Origin: Takakia lepidozioides
Lineage: Eukaryota; Plantae; Bryophyta
DNA: 64,000 nt
Assembly: GCA_030704615.1 (NCBI GenBank)
Contig: CM060734.1
Coordinates: 43,338,001 to 43,402,000 of the forward strand
Direction: 5' to 3'
The translations under genes were made by a program, and so were the position numbers. Below the pieces are notes generated by a model, which saw nothing but the letters and a program-made list of their open reading frames with translations, was not told the DNA's origin and did not search any database. Shown here one piece after another: positions 41,901-52,707 of the stretch (its first letter is position 1; every line of letters starts with the position of its first letter).

Positions 41901-44017
41901 AGGGGTTGATGAGATAATGGGCCTGAAATATGAACAGTTTATGTGTATCAAGCAAGAAGGGAGCCATTGATTTAGGACCTTGTAACCTTGAGTACAATTG
42001 CGCCAGGTCCATGCTGGCTGTCTACATGTGCCTTTCAGCGGCCTTCACTCTGAGCTTTGACTGAGTTTTGTGTTGTCTCCTCTGCTTTGATGCCTGTCTG
42101 TTCAAACAGGCTTTCGAGCAATATGGTGAGATTGAGGAGGGAGCTGTCATCACTGACAAAGGATCTGGGAAGTCCCGAGGTTTTGGTTTCATCACATTCA
42201 AACACATGGATTCAGCTCAGCGAGCATTGAAGGAACCCAGCAAAAACATTGATGTTAGTTTCATCCTGCATGATGGTCCACTTTATGATGGTTGCAGGTT
42301 ATGTGATGCCAGGTCTGCACAGAAAGAGATAGTTAGCCACTGTTCAAGTCTATCTGCATGATGCATCCTGTAGAACTCTCTGTACCAGATTTTGACAGGT
42401 TGTTAAATTATCTACGGATTCTCCTAGACCCTGGACAGTTAACAATATTTCAAACCTTAGTGTGAATGCTTTGAGGCCTTTCCTTTGGGTAAGAAGTAAA
42501 AGGTTAGTGGTTGCACCATCCAGCTCCTTTGATGCATGAACTAGGGGAAGAGGGTGGGTGCTGGGGAGCAGGGGAAGAGAGAGGCTGTTCTGTCTAGATA
42601 GAGGTAGAATTATAAAACATGCCCACTGGTGAGAAACAGGCATATATTTTCGAGGAGATATGAGCTGGATGATACAATCACAAAGTTCCTCTGAATCTTT
42701 TCCTTTGCAAGCCCGTCGCCCCTTTGCACTTCAACTTATGTGTGCCTACAATCATCTATTACAGGGGCGAATTACAGTTTGCAATTTGGCCTCCACTGGC
42801 AGTACAAGTGGGACAACGGTGGTGGACCAAGCACAGCGGAAGCTTTATATTGGGGGTCTCTCATATGAGACCTCCAGTGATACTCTTTTGAACATCTTCT
42901 CACAATATGGAGAGATTGAGGAAGGTGCTGTTGCATATGACAAGAATACAAATAAGTCCAGGTATTTTACTTTCATTTGATACAACAGCTGCTTATATTT
43001 CCCTCATGTACAGTTAAACTTGCCTTTGGGTGGGGGCCTTCAGAATACCAGCTCTGACCACCTTTCTCAGTCTCCTTGAAAGCCAATTTGTCACCTTGTA
43101 AACTTAAATGTAGTCACGTCGCAGAATGCAATAGTTGATGCCATTAGTTGAAGAGTCAAAGCCTGGGATAGTGCAGTTGTTGATCCAGCTGGTGAATGTT
43201 GGGATGACATCCACAACCATATTGTCAAAGTGCTTCAGGCTCAGTTGTCTGGATATATGCTGTCAAGTGTAGATGTTAGATGATACTATGCAGTGCTATA
43301 TGTTGATGGTGGGGGGGTTTCTTTGGATGAATTCAGGGGTTTTGCGTTCGTTACATTCAAGACAGTAGAAGCAGCCAAAAGAGCTATGGATGACCCCAAT
43401 AAAAGCATTGAAGTAAGTTCTGCTGCTCCATACCTTCACTCATGATGGATGCTTTTATTGTGTGTAGAATGAACTTGCCTTTGGCCCATCCTAACAGGGC
43501 CTAAGGGCAAGTCCAAAGCTCTCTCCCTCACTTTGGGCTTCATGTGCACGTTATGAAGGGCCTTTCTTGATCTTCTCCATTTTGATAGCTCTCCAACTCC
43601 AATGTACAGGGAAGGCACGTGATTGTGAAGCTTGCAGCTGAGGGCCAGAGGGAGCGTGCACAAGCACAGGCAGCAGTATTGCAAGTGCAAGCAGTGACGC
43701 AAGTGCAACCCAGCTACACAACAGTGAACCCCAACATGGCCACTTATTCCAGGCCACAGGTGGCAGCCCCAGCTGCCCCCGCAATTGGATTCTCAGCTTA
43801 CACACAGCTTGCTTATGCTGCTCAACCCAGTTACGCAAGCCTCACCACTACACCACAATATGGGGCCGTGGCAACGGCCAACTCACAGTACAACCCCTCC
43901 CAGTATGCGCAGTATGCAACAGCATTTGCAACAGCACAGCCAGCACAGACAGGGCTTCCAACGGGTGCCACAGTGGGGACTGGTGGTTTGTCCTCCTACT
44001 ACACTGGTGCGAGCTGA
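38984..44017 (+). CDS. UBP1-associated protein 2 (UBA2)-like hnRNP with two RRMs. Exons 38984-39165, 41435-41555, 42110-42253, 42765-42961, 43337-43412, 43610-44017
   Basis: [75 protein letters not shown], and an Ala/Gln/Tyr-rich tail; splice phases consistent. Confidence 0.9.
40861..41405 (+). repeat. ~284-bp tandem duplication at the 3' end of UBA2-like intron 1
   Basis: Copies at 40861-41123 and 41145-41405 align closely. Confidence 0.85.
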
Positions 44018-45279
44018 GAGATGGGATCACAGACTGTTTTCGTCCTTTCAGCTTGATAAAGGTATTCGCTGGTATTCGCTGGTATTCTTGTGACCCTCAC
44101 CTGGTTAATTTCATTGCGTCAAGTTTACAGAGGAAGTAAGTAGAGAGGCTGAGAGAAGAGCAGTAAGAACAGATGGAGGGAGTCCACCTTTAGGTCTGAT
44201 ATAAGTTCGAATGGATCTGACAACTCTAAAATTCTTTTTAATTTAAAGAACTCCAATTTTCCAGCTGGCAGTGGGATCAAAGTGTCCTCAGCTTGGAGCT
44301 CATGAGGTGACGCCCTTCTTTATATAGGGCACTGATCACAGCATTTTCCTGAAAGGTTGTGGAGCTGTAAGCTGAAAGGAAGTTATTGAGAGGACAAGGC
44401 AATTCTCATTTGCAGGGCTTAGAACCATTTGCAGATCTTAAGTCCAAATTGTCCTCACAAGCGCAACTGAAAACATATATTTTTGAGCCTAGATATCTTA
44501 TTTGTCTATCGTAGGATCCATGCGTAGCGGCAGATGCATGCATTCATTTTATTTGTGGAGTCAACATAAGGAAACCCACCAGAGATGCGAACACTTTTTC
44601 AATGTGAATTCCTGATTTGTCTCAAGCATAGTAGAAACACAAAATATTGGCAATGTCATGTATGCAAAATTAAGATTGGGATGCACTTGCAGGTCAAACA
44701 AGACAAGCTTGGCTAATATTTGAGTGTACATAGTGATTGTCAAAGTCAAAATGGTACCGCGATCAAATGGTGATAAGGAAATACAGTGTAGTCCTAAGTT
44801 AGTGATCAAACACTACGGCCGGTGGTCAATTCTCTCCAGAGTGGACCATCAAGCAGACTGTCAAGTGGACCCGGTGGGTAGGCACCCCTGCGGTGATGAC
44901 GAGACCCATGGGCCCCTAAATGCTCTAATGGATCCACCACAAATTAATAGTGATCTGCCAGTAGACAACTACATGTAAAGCTTACATTAATTTGTCTTGT
45001 CATATATATCTTAGTGTAAAGTACTACCTTTGCAATACTGCAATCGAATGTTGTTCTATGAAATGATGTGATGCCCGCCCAACTCAATATCTATTTCAAT
45101 CAGCTATAGTGGTACACGATGTTATTATGAAGATATTTTCTTGTTAATGAATAGGTGCATGAAGAACTGACGGAGGTTGGGGGCACCCTATTGCAATTTT
45201 GGTAGAATGAAATAGATCACCTGTATAAAACGTTATGCATACACTGAGATCACTGGGAATAAAGCAAGAACTCAATGCA

Positions 45280-45822
45280 CTTGAGTGACATGAAACTGAA
45301 GGGAGTGTAACTCCAGATGGGATGACACCGGGTTAAATGGGGGGAGTGTAAACTCCACTCAGGACTAAATTAGACTGGGGCGTGTAACTCTATTTGAGAT
45401 TACATTAGGTTACGCGACAGGGAGTGTAACTCCATTCACTATAACTTACACTTGGATTACACAACTAAGGGAGTGTAACTCTATTCACTGTGACTTACTC
45501 TTGGATTATGCAACTCCACATGGGTTACACTGGGTTACATGGAAGGGATAAGATAAAGATAAAGATTCTTTAACGTCATTGGAAGGGAGTAAAACTCTCC
45601 TCAAACTCACACTTGGAAGGGAGTGTAACTCTACTCACTCAAACTCACACTTGGTGGTCCAAATTTGGCAAAGTATAAAAATGGACCATGATGAGTTATA
45701 CAAGACACCACCTAGGGTTACTCTAGCTGGAGTTACACAGATCCAGGGATACACTAGCCACCAATTAAAATTTGAACCCGGCACCTTGCTGTCTACACTA
45801 TCATTGTTCTACCATAGGCTAC
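45280..45822 (-). mobile_element. Dispersed GAGTGTAACTCC-rich repeat with a tRNA-like head (putative SINE); further copies at 46925-47143 (inverted) and 63065-63445
   Basis: Shared end TGAG(A)GTGACATG.A.CTGAAG(G)GAGTGT(C)AACTCCAG. A-box/B-box-like motifs on the minus strand at 45770-45821 and 63387-63440. Confidence 0.5.
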
Positions 45823-46764
45823 TCATCGCCGCATGATAACCTCTTGGATTATAATGTACTAGGGATACGGGTTGCTCCACACTACTAGTGACGATTTATG
45901 AAAACAATGGTACTTTTGATTGGAAATATAAAGTGGCCTCCTTTCGCAGGTCCCGTCAAATCTTCCTCATCTTATCTTATTGCGGTAGCACTATTAAATA
46001 CTTTAGAATGCGAGAGATTGTCACTGAATGATGAATAATGGAGATAATAAGGTGAAAGGTTTGATTCTTTAGGTGATAACTAGGGTAGCCTGTGCCGTTG
46101 GCAGTGCCATCTAAGCCCAAGTGCAATCTTCTATGTATTCAAGTGCGCCTCCGATGTCAAGGCCCAAGTGTGACCTCTAGGGTAGCCTGTGCTATCGGCC
46201 CATGTGTGAAGAATTGAAATCTAAGTCCAAGTGCAATTTCCTATGTATTCCAGTGCGTCTCCTATGTCAAGGCCCATCTAAGCCCAAGTGCAATCTCCTA
46301 TGTTTCCAAGAGTTTCTCCCAAGTAGAGGCCCAAGTGCGACCTCAAGTGTCCAATGTCATAAGTCCAAGTCCAATCCCTATGCATCCAGATTGCACGTCT
46401 CCACGTCGTTGTTCCAACAGAGCCACTTTGTTATTTTTGCAATCTCCCCTGTCGAGGCTTCATATTTTGATATATCCACTTTGCTATTTTTCGCAGATTT
46501 TCAGTGACCAAAAATACCTGAAATTCCAAATTTGCCACTTGAAGGGCCAATCACTGCCCACTTTGCTATTTTTGCAATCTCCCTTGTCGAGGCTTCATAT
46601 ATTGATATATCCACTTTGCTATTTTTCGCGGATTTTCAGCGACCAAAAGTACCAAATTTGCCACGTGAAGGGCCAGTCAGTGCTCCAGAAAAGCCCACTT
46701 TGATATTTTTCCCGAATTTCCAGCGACCCAAAGCACTTGAAATTCCACATCTTCCACACCGCTG

Positions 46765-47650
46765 GTCCAAAAAACATGAGACCAAGCCGATGCACCCCTC
46801 CTCATCGAGGGCTTTCCAACAGCACCAAGCACTGGGGCCTTGTGGTTCAGGACATCTCAACGTGACAAAACAAAACAAACGTATGGCTTCATATATTGAT
46901 GTTACCATTTATTGTCTTCTCTTATCCATTTTAAACTTACCTAAATTTGGACTTCCTCAAATTTCGAGACCAAGTGTGAATTACACCGAGTAGAATTACA
47001 CTCCATTCTATGTAGCCTTGAGTGGAGTTACATACCCCATCATGAACTCGAGTATAATCCCAAGTATAGTTACACTCCCCATGGTATAACCTAACCTAAC
47101 CTAGACTGGAGTTTACACTCTTTCAGCTCCATGTCAATCTCAAGGAAGGGTGGAAAAGATTCACTATGTCGGAGATCAGCCTACCGTCGTCTCAGAGATC
47201 ACACGCATGCATTAACTTCATACATTATCGTAGGATTCTTCAATTATGCGTTGTTTTGTTTTAATTACAGTAATAATATTTTTGCTCCCCCCTGTTAACC
47301 AATATATATATATATATTTGAGTGTATTAATGGTTTGATTTTATTGATGTGCAATTATAATACATTAATAGATCTACAAATGTTAGCTATTCAAAATATA
47401 GACAAGAGACAAAAACTCGATATTAAGAGTTTTCACATTTTATTAGCTATTACCATTATCATATTTTTATGATAAAAAAAAATGTATGTATCATCCTAAG
47501 ATCAATATATGAAGCGAGACGATTGTTTTGTTTTGTTTTATCACGAACCGCAAAGCCCTAGCGCTGGTGCTTGGTACGGAAAGCCCTCGTTGAGGAGGGG
47601 TGCACCGGCTTGGTCTCAAGATTTTTGGACTTGTGGTGTGGGAGATGTGT
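46765..47650. repeat. Two inverted copies of a ~120-bp dispersed repeat (46765-46880, 47525-47650)
   Basis: GAGACCAAGCCGATGCACCCCTCCTCATCGAGGGCTTTCC versus its reverse complement GGAAAGCCCTCGTTGAGGAGGGGTGCACCGGCTTGGTCTC. Confidence 0.75.
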
Positions 47651-48064
47651 AAATCAAAGGTGAAAGCATCTAAGCATAATTTTAAAGAATCTAAGAATGT
47701 ATTAGAAAATATTTGGTGAACAAGTGGGATGAAGACAGGGGCATTTGGTACACCTAAGCATCATTAAATCAACCATCAATAAATCATCTACAACCACTAG
47801 TGGTTGATTTGTCGAGGATTTGTTGGGGTCGTAAATGATAATTGATTTGTGGGGCATTTGGTATTCCCCCCATCCCCCACCTTGGAAGAGCACAGTAGGT
47901 AATATCCTTGTTGAAAGTTCGGTAAAAGCACACGTTTCTTGAGCAGAGTTTGGAGGTCGTTGTTCCTCATCGTGTAGAGCCCCAATGGAGCCCAAAACAA
48001 CTTGCATGAATGTTGTTGAAAGCTCACTAGCACCCCTCAGTAAAGGACCATGTCAACATGTTGA

Positions 48065-50222
48065 TGCTGTCGGACTTTCGATCACAAACCTCTACCTTGG
48101 AGCACGGAGCAGAGCTGGCATGAGTTTTTTAAAGATCCTTCACGATGGTGGGACAACCGCAGTCGCAACCCCAATTGCAAGGTCTGGCTTTTCTTACGAT
48201 GTGACTCAAGTTTGTCCATCCTGCAAATGTGGGCTCTTGGCTCCTGTTAGTACCATGATTTGGTATTCTTCCTGATGTTTACAAGGTTCTTGGGGGAGTC
48301 AGCTTGGTCTTAGCAGGCCGTGTTTCAATCTCTGCCTGCTCATCTGCACCGTGGTGGTTCTCACAGACCAATCGGAGATTACCTGACTACAGACACAAGC
48401 AGCACACACAAGAGGTCCTTTCGGGTTGATGGTCGGTCAAATCCTCCATGGGTCATGACACAAGGTCAAGGACAATGTGGTGAGGGCACCTTCTTCTTCG
48501 ACATATTTCAGCCTGTTTTGCGCTCTCATCAGACTCGGCCCTGAATTTGCATATTGAATATGGTGTCTGCATCCAAGTTGTGGCCTTTCATTTGCCATAT
48601 GTTGCAGTGGATCTGTGGTGGTTTGGAATGAATTTGACAAGTTAGTGCCGATGTGGCAGCAGGAAAGTATCCAAAAACAGATAACAGAGACGAGGAGAAT
48701 CTTTGGAATGAATACTTCTCCGACACCAGTCGATGGTGGGACAATGGAGACAAAAAGGTGAATGCCTGTTGGAAGCAGATGCAAGTCAGCATAGGAATTA
48801 GTGTGATAAGTATGGTTGGGGTGTTTGCTGGAAGAATTCTAGGCTGTCATTGTCTGTTGCTAGCAGCAAGGCAAGGATGTATGCATGATTTGTGCAGAGG
48901 CATGCATAGCTGAAGGAGCAGGGATGGAGTGTGGGTCCAGATTCATCCAAGAGGGCCAGATTTCAAGCACGAGATCACCTATGATTCCATGTGGATCAAT
49001 AGCTACAAGAAACCTGCATGGGTAGATGGTCAACTGGAAGCCGCAGCAGCAGCGGCACAATTGATAAAATCAGGCACTGCCAATGAAGGCACCTTCTTCA
49101 ACACATTCCACCCTGTTCTTCCCTCTTATCAGAACTGGCCCTAAATTTTCATGTTGAATTCTGCAAGTTAGCTGGTTGAGTGAACCTTTGATAGTTTGGA
49201 GTGACTTTGACATGATACTGCCAATGTCACAACAGGAAAGTATCCAGAAACAGGTAACAGAGACGAGGAGAAGTTGTGGAAAGAATACTTTTCTGACCCC
49301 AGTCAATGGTGGGACAATCGAGGCAAAAAGGTGGATGACTGTTGGATTACAGAGAGTAGCAGACGCAATGAGCATAGTAACTAGTGTGATAAGCTGAGTT
49401 GGGTGTTTCCTATAACAAATCTAGGCTGTCATTGTCAGCTGCTAGCAGCAAGGCAAGGATGAATGCATGATTTGTGCAGAGGCATGGATAGCTGAAGGAG
49501 CAGGGGTAGAGTGTGGGTCCAGATTCATCCAAGAGGGCCAGATTTCAAGCACAAGATTACCTATGATTCCCTGTGGATCAATAGCTACAAGAAACCTGCA
49601 TGGGTAGATGGTCAACTGAAAGCCGCGGCAGCAGCGGCACAATTGATAAAATCAGGCACTGCTAATCAAGGCACCTTCTTCAACACATTTCACCCTGTTT
49701 TTCCCTCTTATCAGAACCGGCCCTAAATTTTCATGTTGAATTCTGCAAGTTAGCTGGTTGAGTGAACCTTTGATAGTTTGGAGTGACTTTGACATGATAC
49801 TGCCAATGTGAAACAGGTAACAGAGATAAGGAGAAGCTGTGGAAAGAATACTTTCCTGACCCCCGTCAATGGTGGGACAATCGAGGCAACAAGGTGAATG
49901 CGTGTTGGATTACAGAGAGTAGCAGACGCAATGAGCATAGGAACTAGTGTGATAAGCTGAGTTGGGTGTTTCCTATAACAAATCTAGGCTGTCATTGTCA
50001 GTTGCTAGCAGCAAGGCAAGAATGAATGCATGATTTGTGCAGAGGCATGGATAGCTGAAGGAGCAGGGGTAGAGTGTGGGTCCAGATTCATCCAAGAGGG
50101 CCAGATTTCAAGCACAAGATTACCTATGATTCCCTGTGGATCAATAGCTACAAGAAACCTGCATGGGTAGATGGTCAACTAAAGGCAGCAGCTGCAGCGG
50201 CACAGTTGATAAAATCAGGCAC
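48065..50222 (+). repeat. Four tandem ~563-582-bp exon-intron units, each encoding one OSB-type PDF motif
   Basis: Exon pairs ~48065-48181/48367-48485, 48663-48757/48941-49088, 49236-49330/49523-49670 and 49817-49893/50086 onward. Introns are also homologous between units. Confidence 0.88.
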
Positions 50223-52707
50223 CTCGACCATGACCACAGCTACTGGAAGAGGATCAAGAGAGGGAGTCCACAATGCATCTTCTGGCAATTCTGGGCATGT
50301 GAAGATGCTTTGTGAGGCAGGCAAACTGAAAGAGGCTCTACAGACTTTAAACCAAGGAGGCATTTCAGCAGATTCAGAAACGTATGTCTGTCTCTTGCAT
50401 AAGTGCATCAAGGTGAAAGGCCTGGAAGCTGGAAAGCAGGTGCATACTCACATTATCCAAAGTGGATTCACACCAAATGTTTTTCTCCTCAACACCCTTG
50501 TCAACATGTATGTTAAGTGCGGGAGCATCATGGATGCTCACCAAGTGTTCAACAGAATGCCTCAACGATCTTTGATCACGTGGAATATAATGTTGGCAGG
50601 ATTTACCAAGCATGGGTGTGGTAGGAATGCTTTGGAGACCTATGAGCAAATGATGGGGGAAGGGGTGAAGCCCAACCACATCACATTTGTGTCCGTTTGC
50701 AGTGCGTGTGCAAGCCTGGCAGCCCTGGAAAAGGGCAAAGAGGTGCATGGCGACATCGTCAGAGCTGGAATCGTACCAGATGTGATCCTGAACACTGCCC
50801 TGGTGGACATGTATGCCAAATGTGGGAGCATCGAGCATGCAAAGGGAGTGTTTGACAATATGGCTGACCGAAATGCGGTGTCGTGGAACGCGATGCTCGC
50901 AGGATATGCACAGCAGGGGCGCGGGATGGAGGCTTTGGAGACGTATGAGCAAATGATGTGCGAAGGGGTGAAGCCCAACCACATCACGTTTGTGTGCGTT
51001 TGCAATGCGTGTGCAAGCCTGGCAGCCCTGGAAAAGGGCAAAGAGGTGCATGGCGACATCGTCAGAGCTGGAATCGTACCAGATGTGATCCTGAACACTG
51101 CCCTGGTGGATATGTATGCCAAATGTGGGAGCATCGAGCATGCAAAGGGAGTGTTCGACAATATGGCTGAACAAGATGTGGTGTCGTGGAGTGCGATGCT
51201 CGCAGGGTATGCACAGCAGGGGTGCGGGGTGGAGGCTTTGGAGACGTATGAGCAAATGAGGGGGGAAGGGGTGAAGCCCGACCACACCACGTTTGTGTGC
51301 GTTTGCAGTGCGTGTGCAAGCCTGGCAGCCCTGGAAAAGGGCAAAGAGGTGCATGGCGACATCGTCAGAGCAGGAATTGTACCAAATGTGATCCTGAACA
51401 ATACCCTGGTGGACATGTATGCCAAATGTGGGAGCATCGAGCATGCAAAGGGAGTGTTCGACAATATGGCTGAGCGAGATGTGGTGTCGTGGAACGCGAT
51501 GCTCGCAGGATATGCACAGCAGGGGCGCGGGATGGAGGCTTTGGAGACGTATGAGCAAATGAGGGGGGAAGAGGTGAAGCCCAACCACATCACGTTTGTG
51601 TGCGTTTGCAGTGCGTGTGCAAGCCTGGCAGCCCTGGAAAAGGGCAAAGAGGTGCATGGCGACATCGTCAGAGCTGGAAATGTACCAGATGTCATCCTGA
51701 ACACTGCCCTGGTGGACATGTATGCCAAATGTGGGTGCATCGAGGATGCAAAGGGAGTGTTCGACAATATGGCTGAACGTAATGTGGTGTCGTGGAACGC
51801 GATGATCGCAGGATATGCACAGCATGGTTGTCATAGGGAGGTCGTGCAACTATTTGAAGGAATGCAAAAGAACGGCTTGAAGCCGGACAGTATCACCTTT
51901 ATATGTGTTCTCTCTGCATGCAGCCACGCTGGCCTACTGAATGAAGGAAGATGCTACTTTGATTCCCTGAGTCAAGATCATGGTGTCACTCCGACATTAG
52001 AGCACTTTGGCTGCATGGTGGACCTTCTTGGACGTGCGGGACAACTGGATGAGGCAGTGGACCTGATTAATAAAATGCCCATCAATCCAGATGCTGTGGT
52101 GTGGAAGGCCTTGCTTGGTGCCTGCAGAATCCATGGCAATGTGGAGATGGCTGAACGTGCAGCAACATCTATCCTCATGTGGGATGAACAGGATGCCGCG
52201 ACTTATGTGTTGCTCTCAAACATCTATGCTGCAGCTGGCAGGTGGGATGATACTGCAAAGGTGAGAAGAATGATGAAGGTCAAAGGGGTTAGAAAGGAGC
52301 CAGGTCGCTGCTGCATTGAGGTTGGCAACAGGGTGCACACCTTTGTTGTAGCTGACAAGTTACATCCCAGAATTAAGGAAATCCATGCTGAGCTGAGACG
52401 ATTGTCTGGGCAGATGAAGAAGGCGGGGTATGTGCCTGACACGCGCTTTGTATTGCATGATGTGGGGGAGGAGGAAAAGGAATTTTCTCTTTGCCACCAC
52501 AGTGAGAAGCTGGCCATTGGTTTTGGGCTGATCAGCACGACCCCCAGGACGCCTCTCCGTCTCATCAAGAATCTTCGAGTGTGTGGTGACTGCCACACCT
52601 CCACCAAATTCATCTCAAAGATTGTTGGCCGAGCAATTGTTGTACGGGACGCTAACCGCTTTCACCACTTTGAAGATGGGATTTGTTCTTGTGGGGATTA
52701 CTGGTGA
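48455..52707 (+). CDS. Predicted chimeric (PDF)3-PLS-E1-E2-DYW protein (~1071 aa by manual splicing from ATG 48455)
   Basis: Exons 48455-48485, 48663-48757, 48941-49088, 49236-49330, 49523-49670, 49817-49893 and 50086-52707 join in frame without stops, but three GC donors are needed. The last PDF half-exon is contiguous with the PPR ORF. Confidence 0.6.
50086..52707 (+). CDS. PLS-class PPR protein with E1/E2 and DYW:PG cytidine deaminase domain (C-to-U organellar RNA editing factor), terminal exon
   Basis: 17 PLS motifs (L-S-P triplets, then P2-L2-S2), E1/E2, PG box (PGRCCIEV), HHSEKLA, LRVCGDCH, and C-terminal CSCGDYW*. Confidence 0.96.
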   Translation: MHPRGPDFKHKITYDSLWINSYKKPAWVDGQLKAAAAAAQLIKSGTSTMTTATGRGSREGVHNASSGNSGHVKMLCEAGKLKEALQTLNQGGISADSETYVCLLHKCIKVKGLEAGKQVHTHIIQSGFTPNVFLLNTLVNMYVKCGSIMDAHQVFNRMPQRSLITWNIMLAGFTKHGCGRNALETYEQMMGEGVKPNHITFVSVCSACASLAALEKGKEVHGDIVRAGIVPDVILNTALVDMYAKCGSIEHAKGVFDNMADRNAVSWNAMLAGYAQQGRGMEALETYEQMMCEGVKPNHITFVCVCNACASLAALEKGKEVHGDIVRAGIVPDVILNTALVDMYAKCGSIEHAKGVFDNMAEQDVVSWSAMLAGYAQQGCGVEALETYEQMRGEGVKPDHTTFVCVCSACASLAALEKGKEVHGDIVRAGIVPNVILNNTLVDMYAKCGSIEHAKGVFDNMAERDVVSWNAMLAGYAQQGRGMEALETYEQMRGEEVKPNHITFVCVCSACASLAALEKGKEVHGDIVRAGNVPDVILNTALVDMYAKCGCIEDAKGVFDNMAERNVVSWNAMIAGYAQHGCHREVVQLFEGMQKNGLKPDSITFICVLSACSHAGLLNEGRCYFDSLSQDHGVTPTLEHFGCMVDLLGRAGQLDEAVDLINKMPINPDAVVWKALLGACRIHGNVEMAERAATSILMWDEQDAATYVLLSNIYAAAGRWDDTAKVRRMMKVKGVRKEPGRCCIEVGNRVHTFVVADKLHPRIKEIHAELRRLSGQMKKAGYVPDTRFVLHDVGEEEKEFSLCHHSEKLAIGFGLISTTPRTPLRLIKNLRVCGDCHTSTKFISKIVGRAIVVRDANRFHHFEDGICSCGDYW
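50630..51830 (+). repeat. ~4 near-identical 303-bp PLS-triplet repeats inside the PPR gene
   Basis: GTGAAGCCC(A/G)ACCAC recurs at 50665, 50968, 51271 and 51574. Confidence 0.95.

Noticed and set aside
48100-50220. Regular repeats as a CRISPR-like array or satellite
   Set aside because: Units are ~570 bp with no unique spacers and resolve into exon-intron modules.
50374-51849. Long antisense ORFs (491 aa and 375 aa) over the PPR gene
   Set aside because: Shadow ORFs produced by the 303-bp in-frame repeats and codon bias; no independent protein features.
52296-52707. U-to-C (DYW:KP-type) editing domain
   Set aside because: It has a PG box, canonical HSEKLA/CGDCH and a terminal DYW, i.e. the standard C-to-U type.
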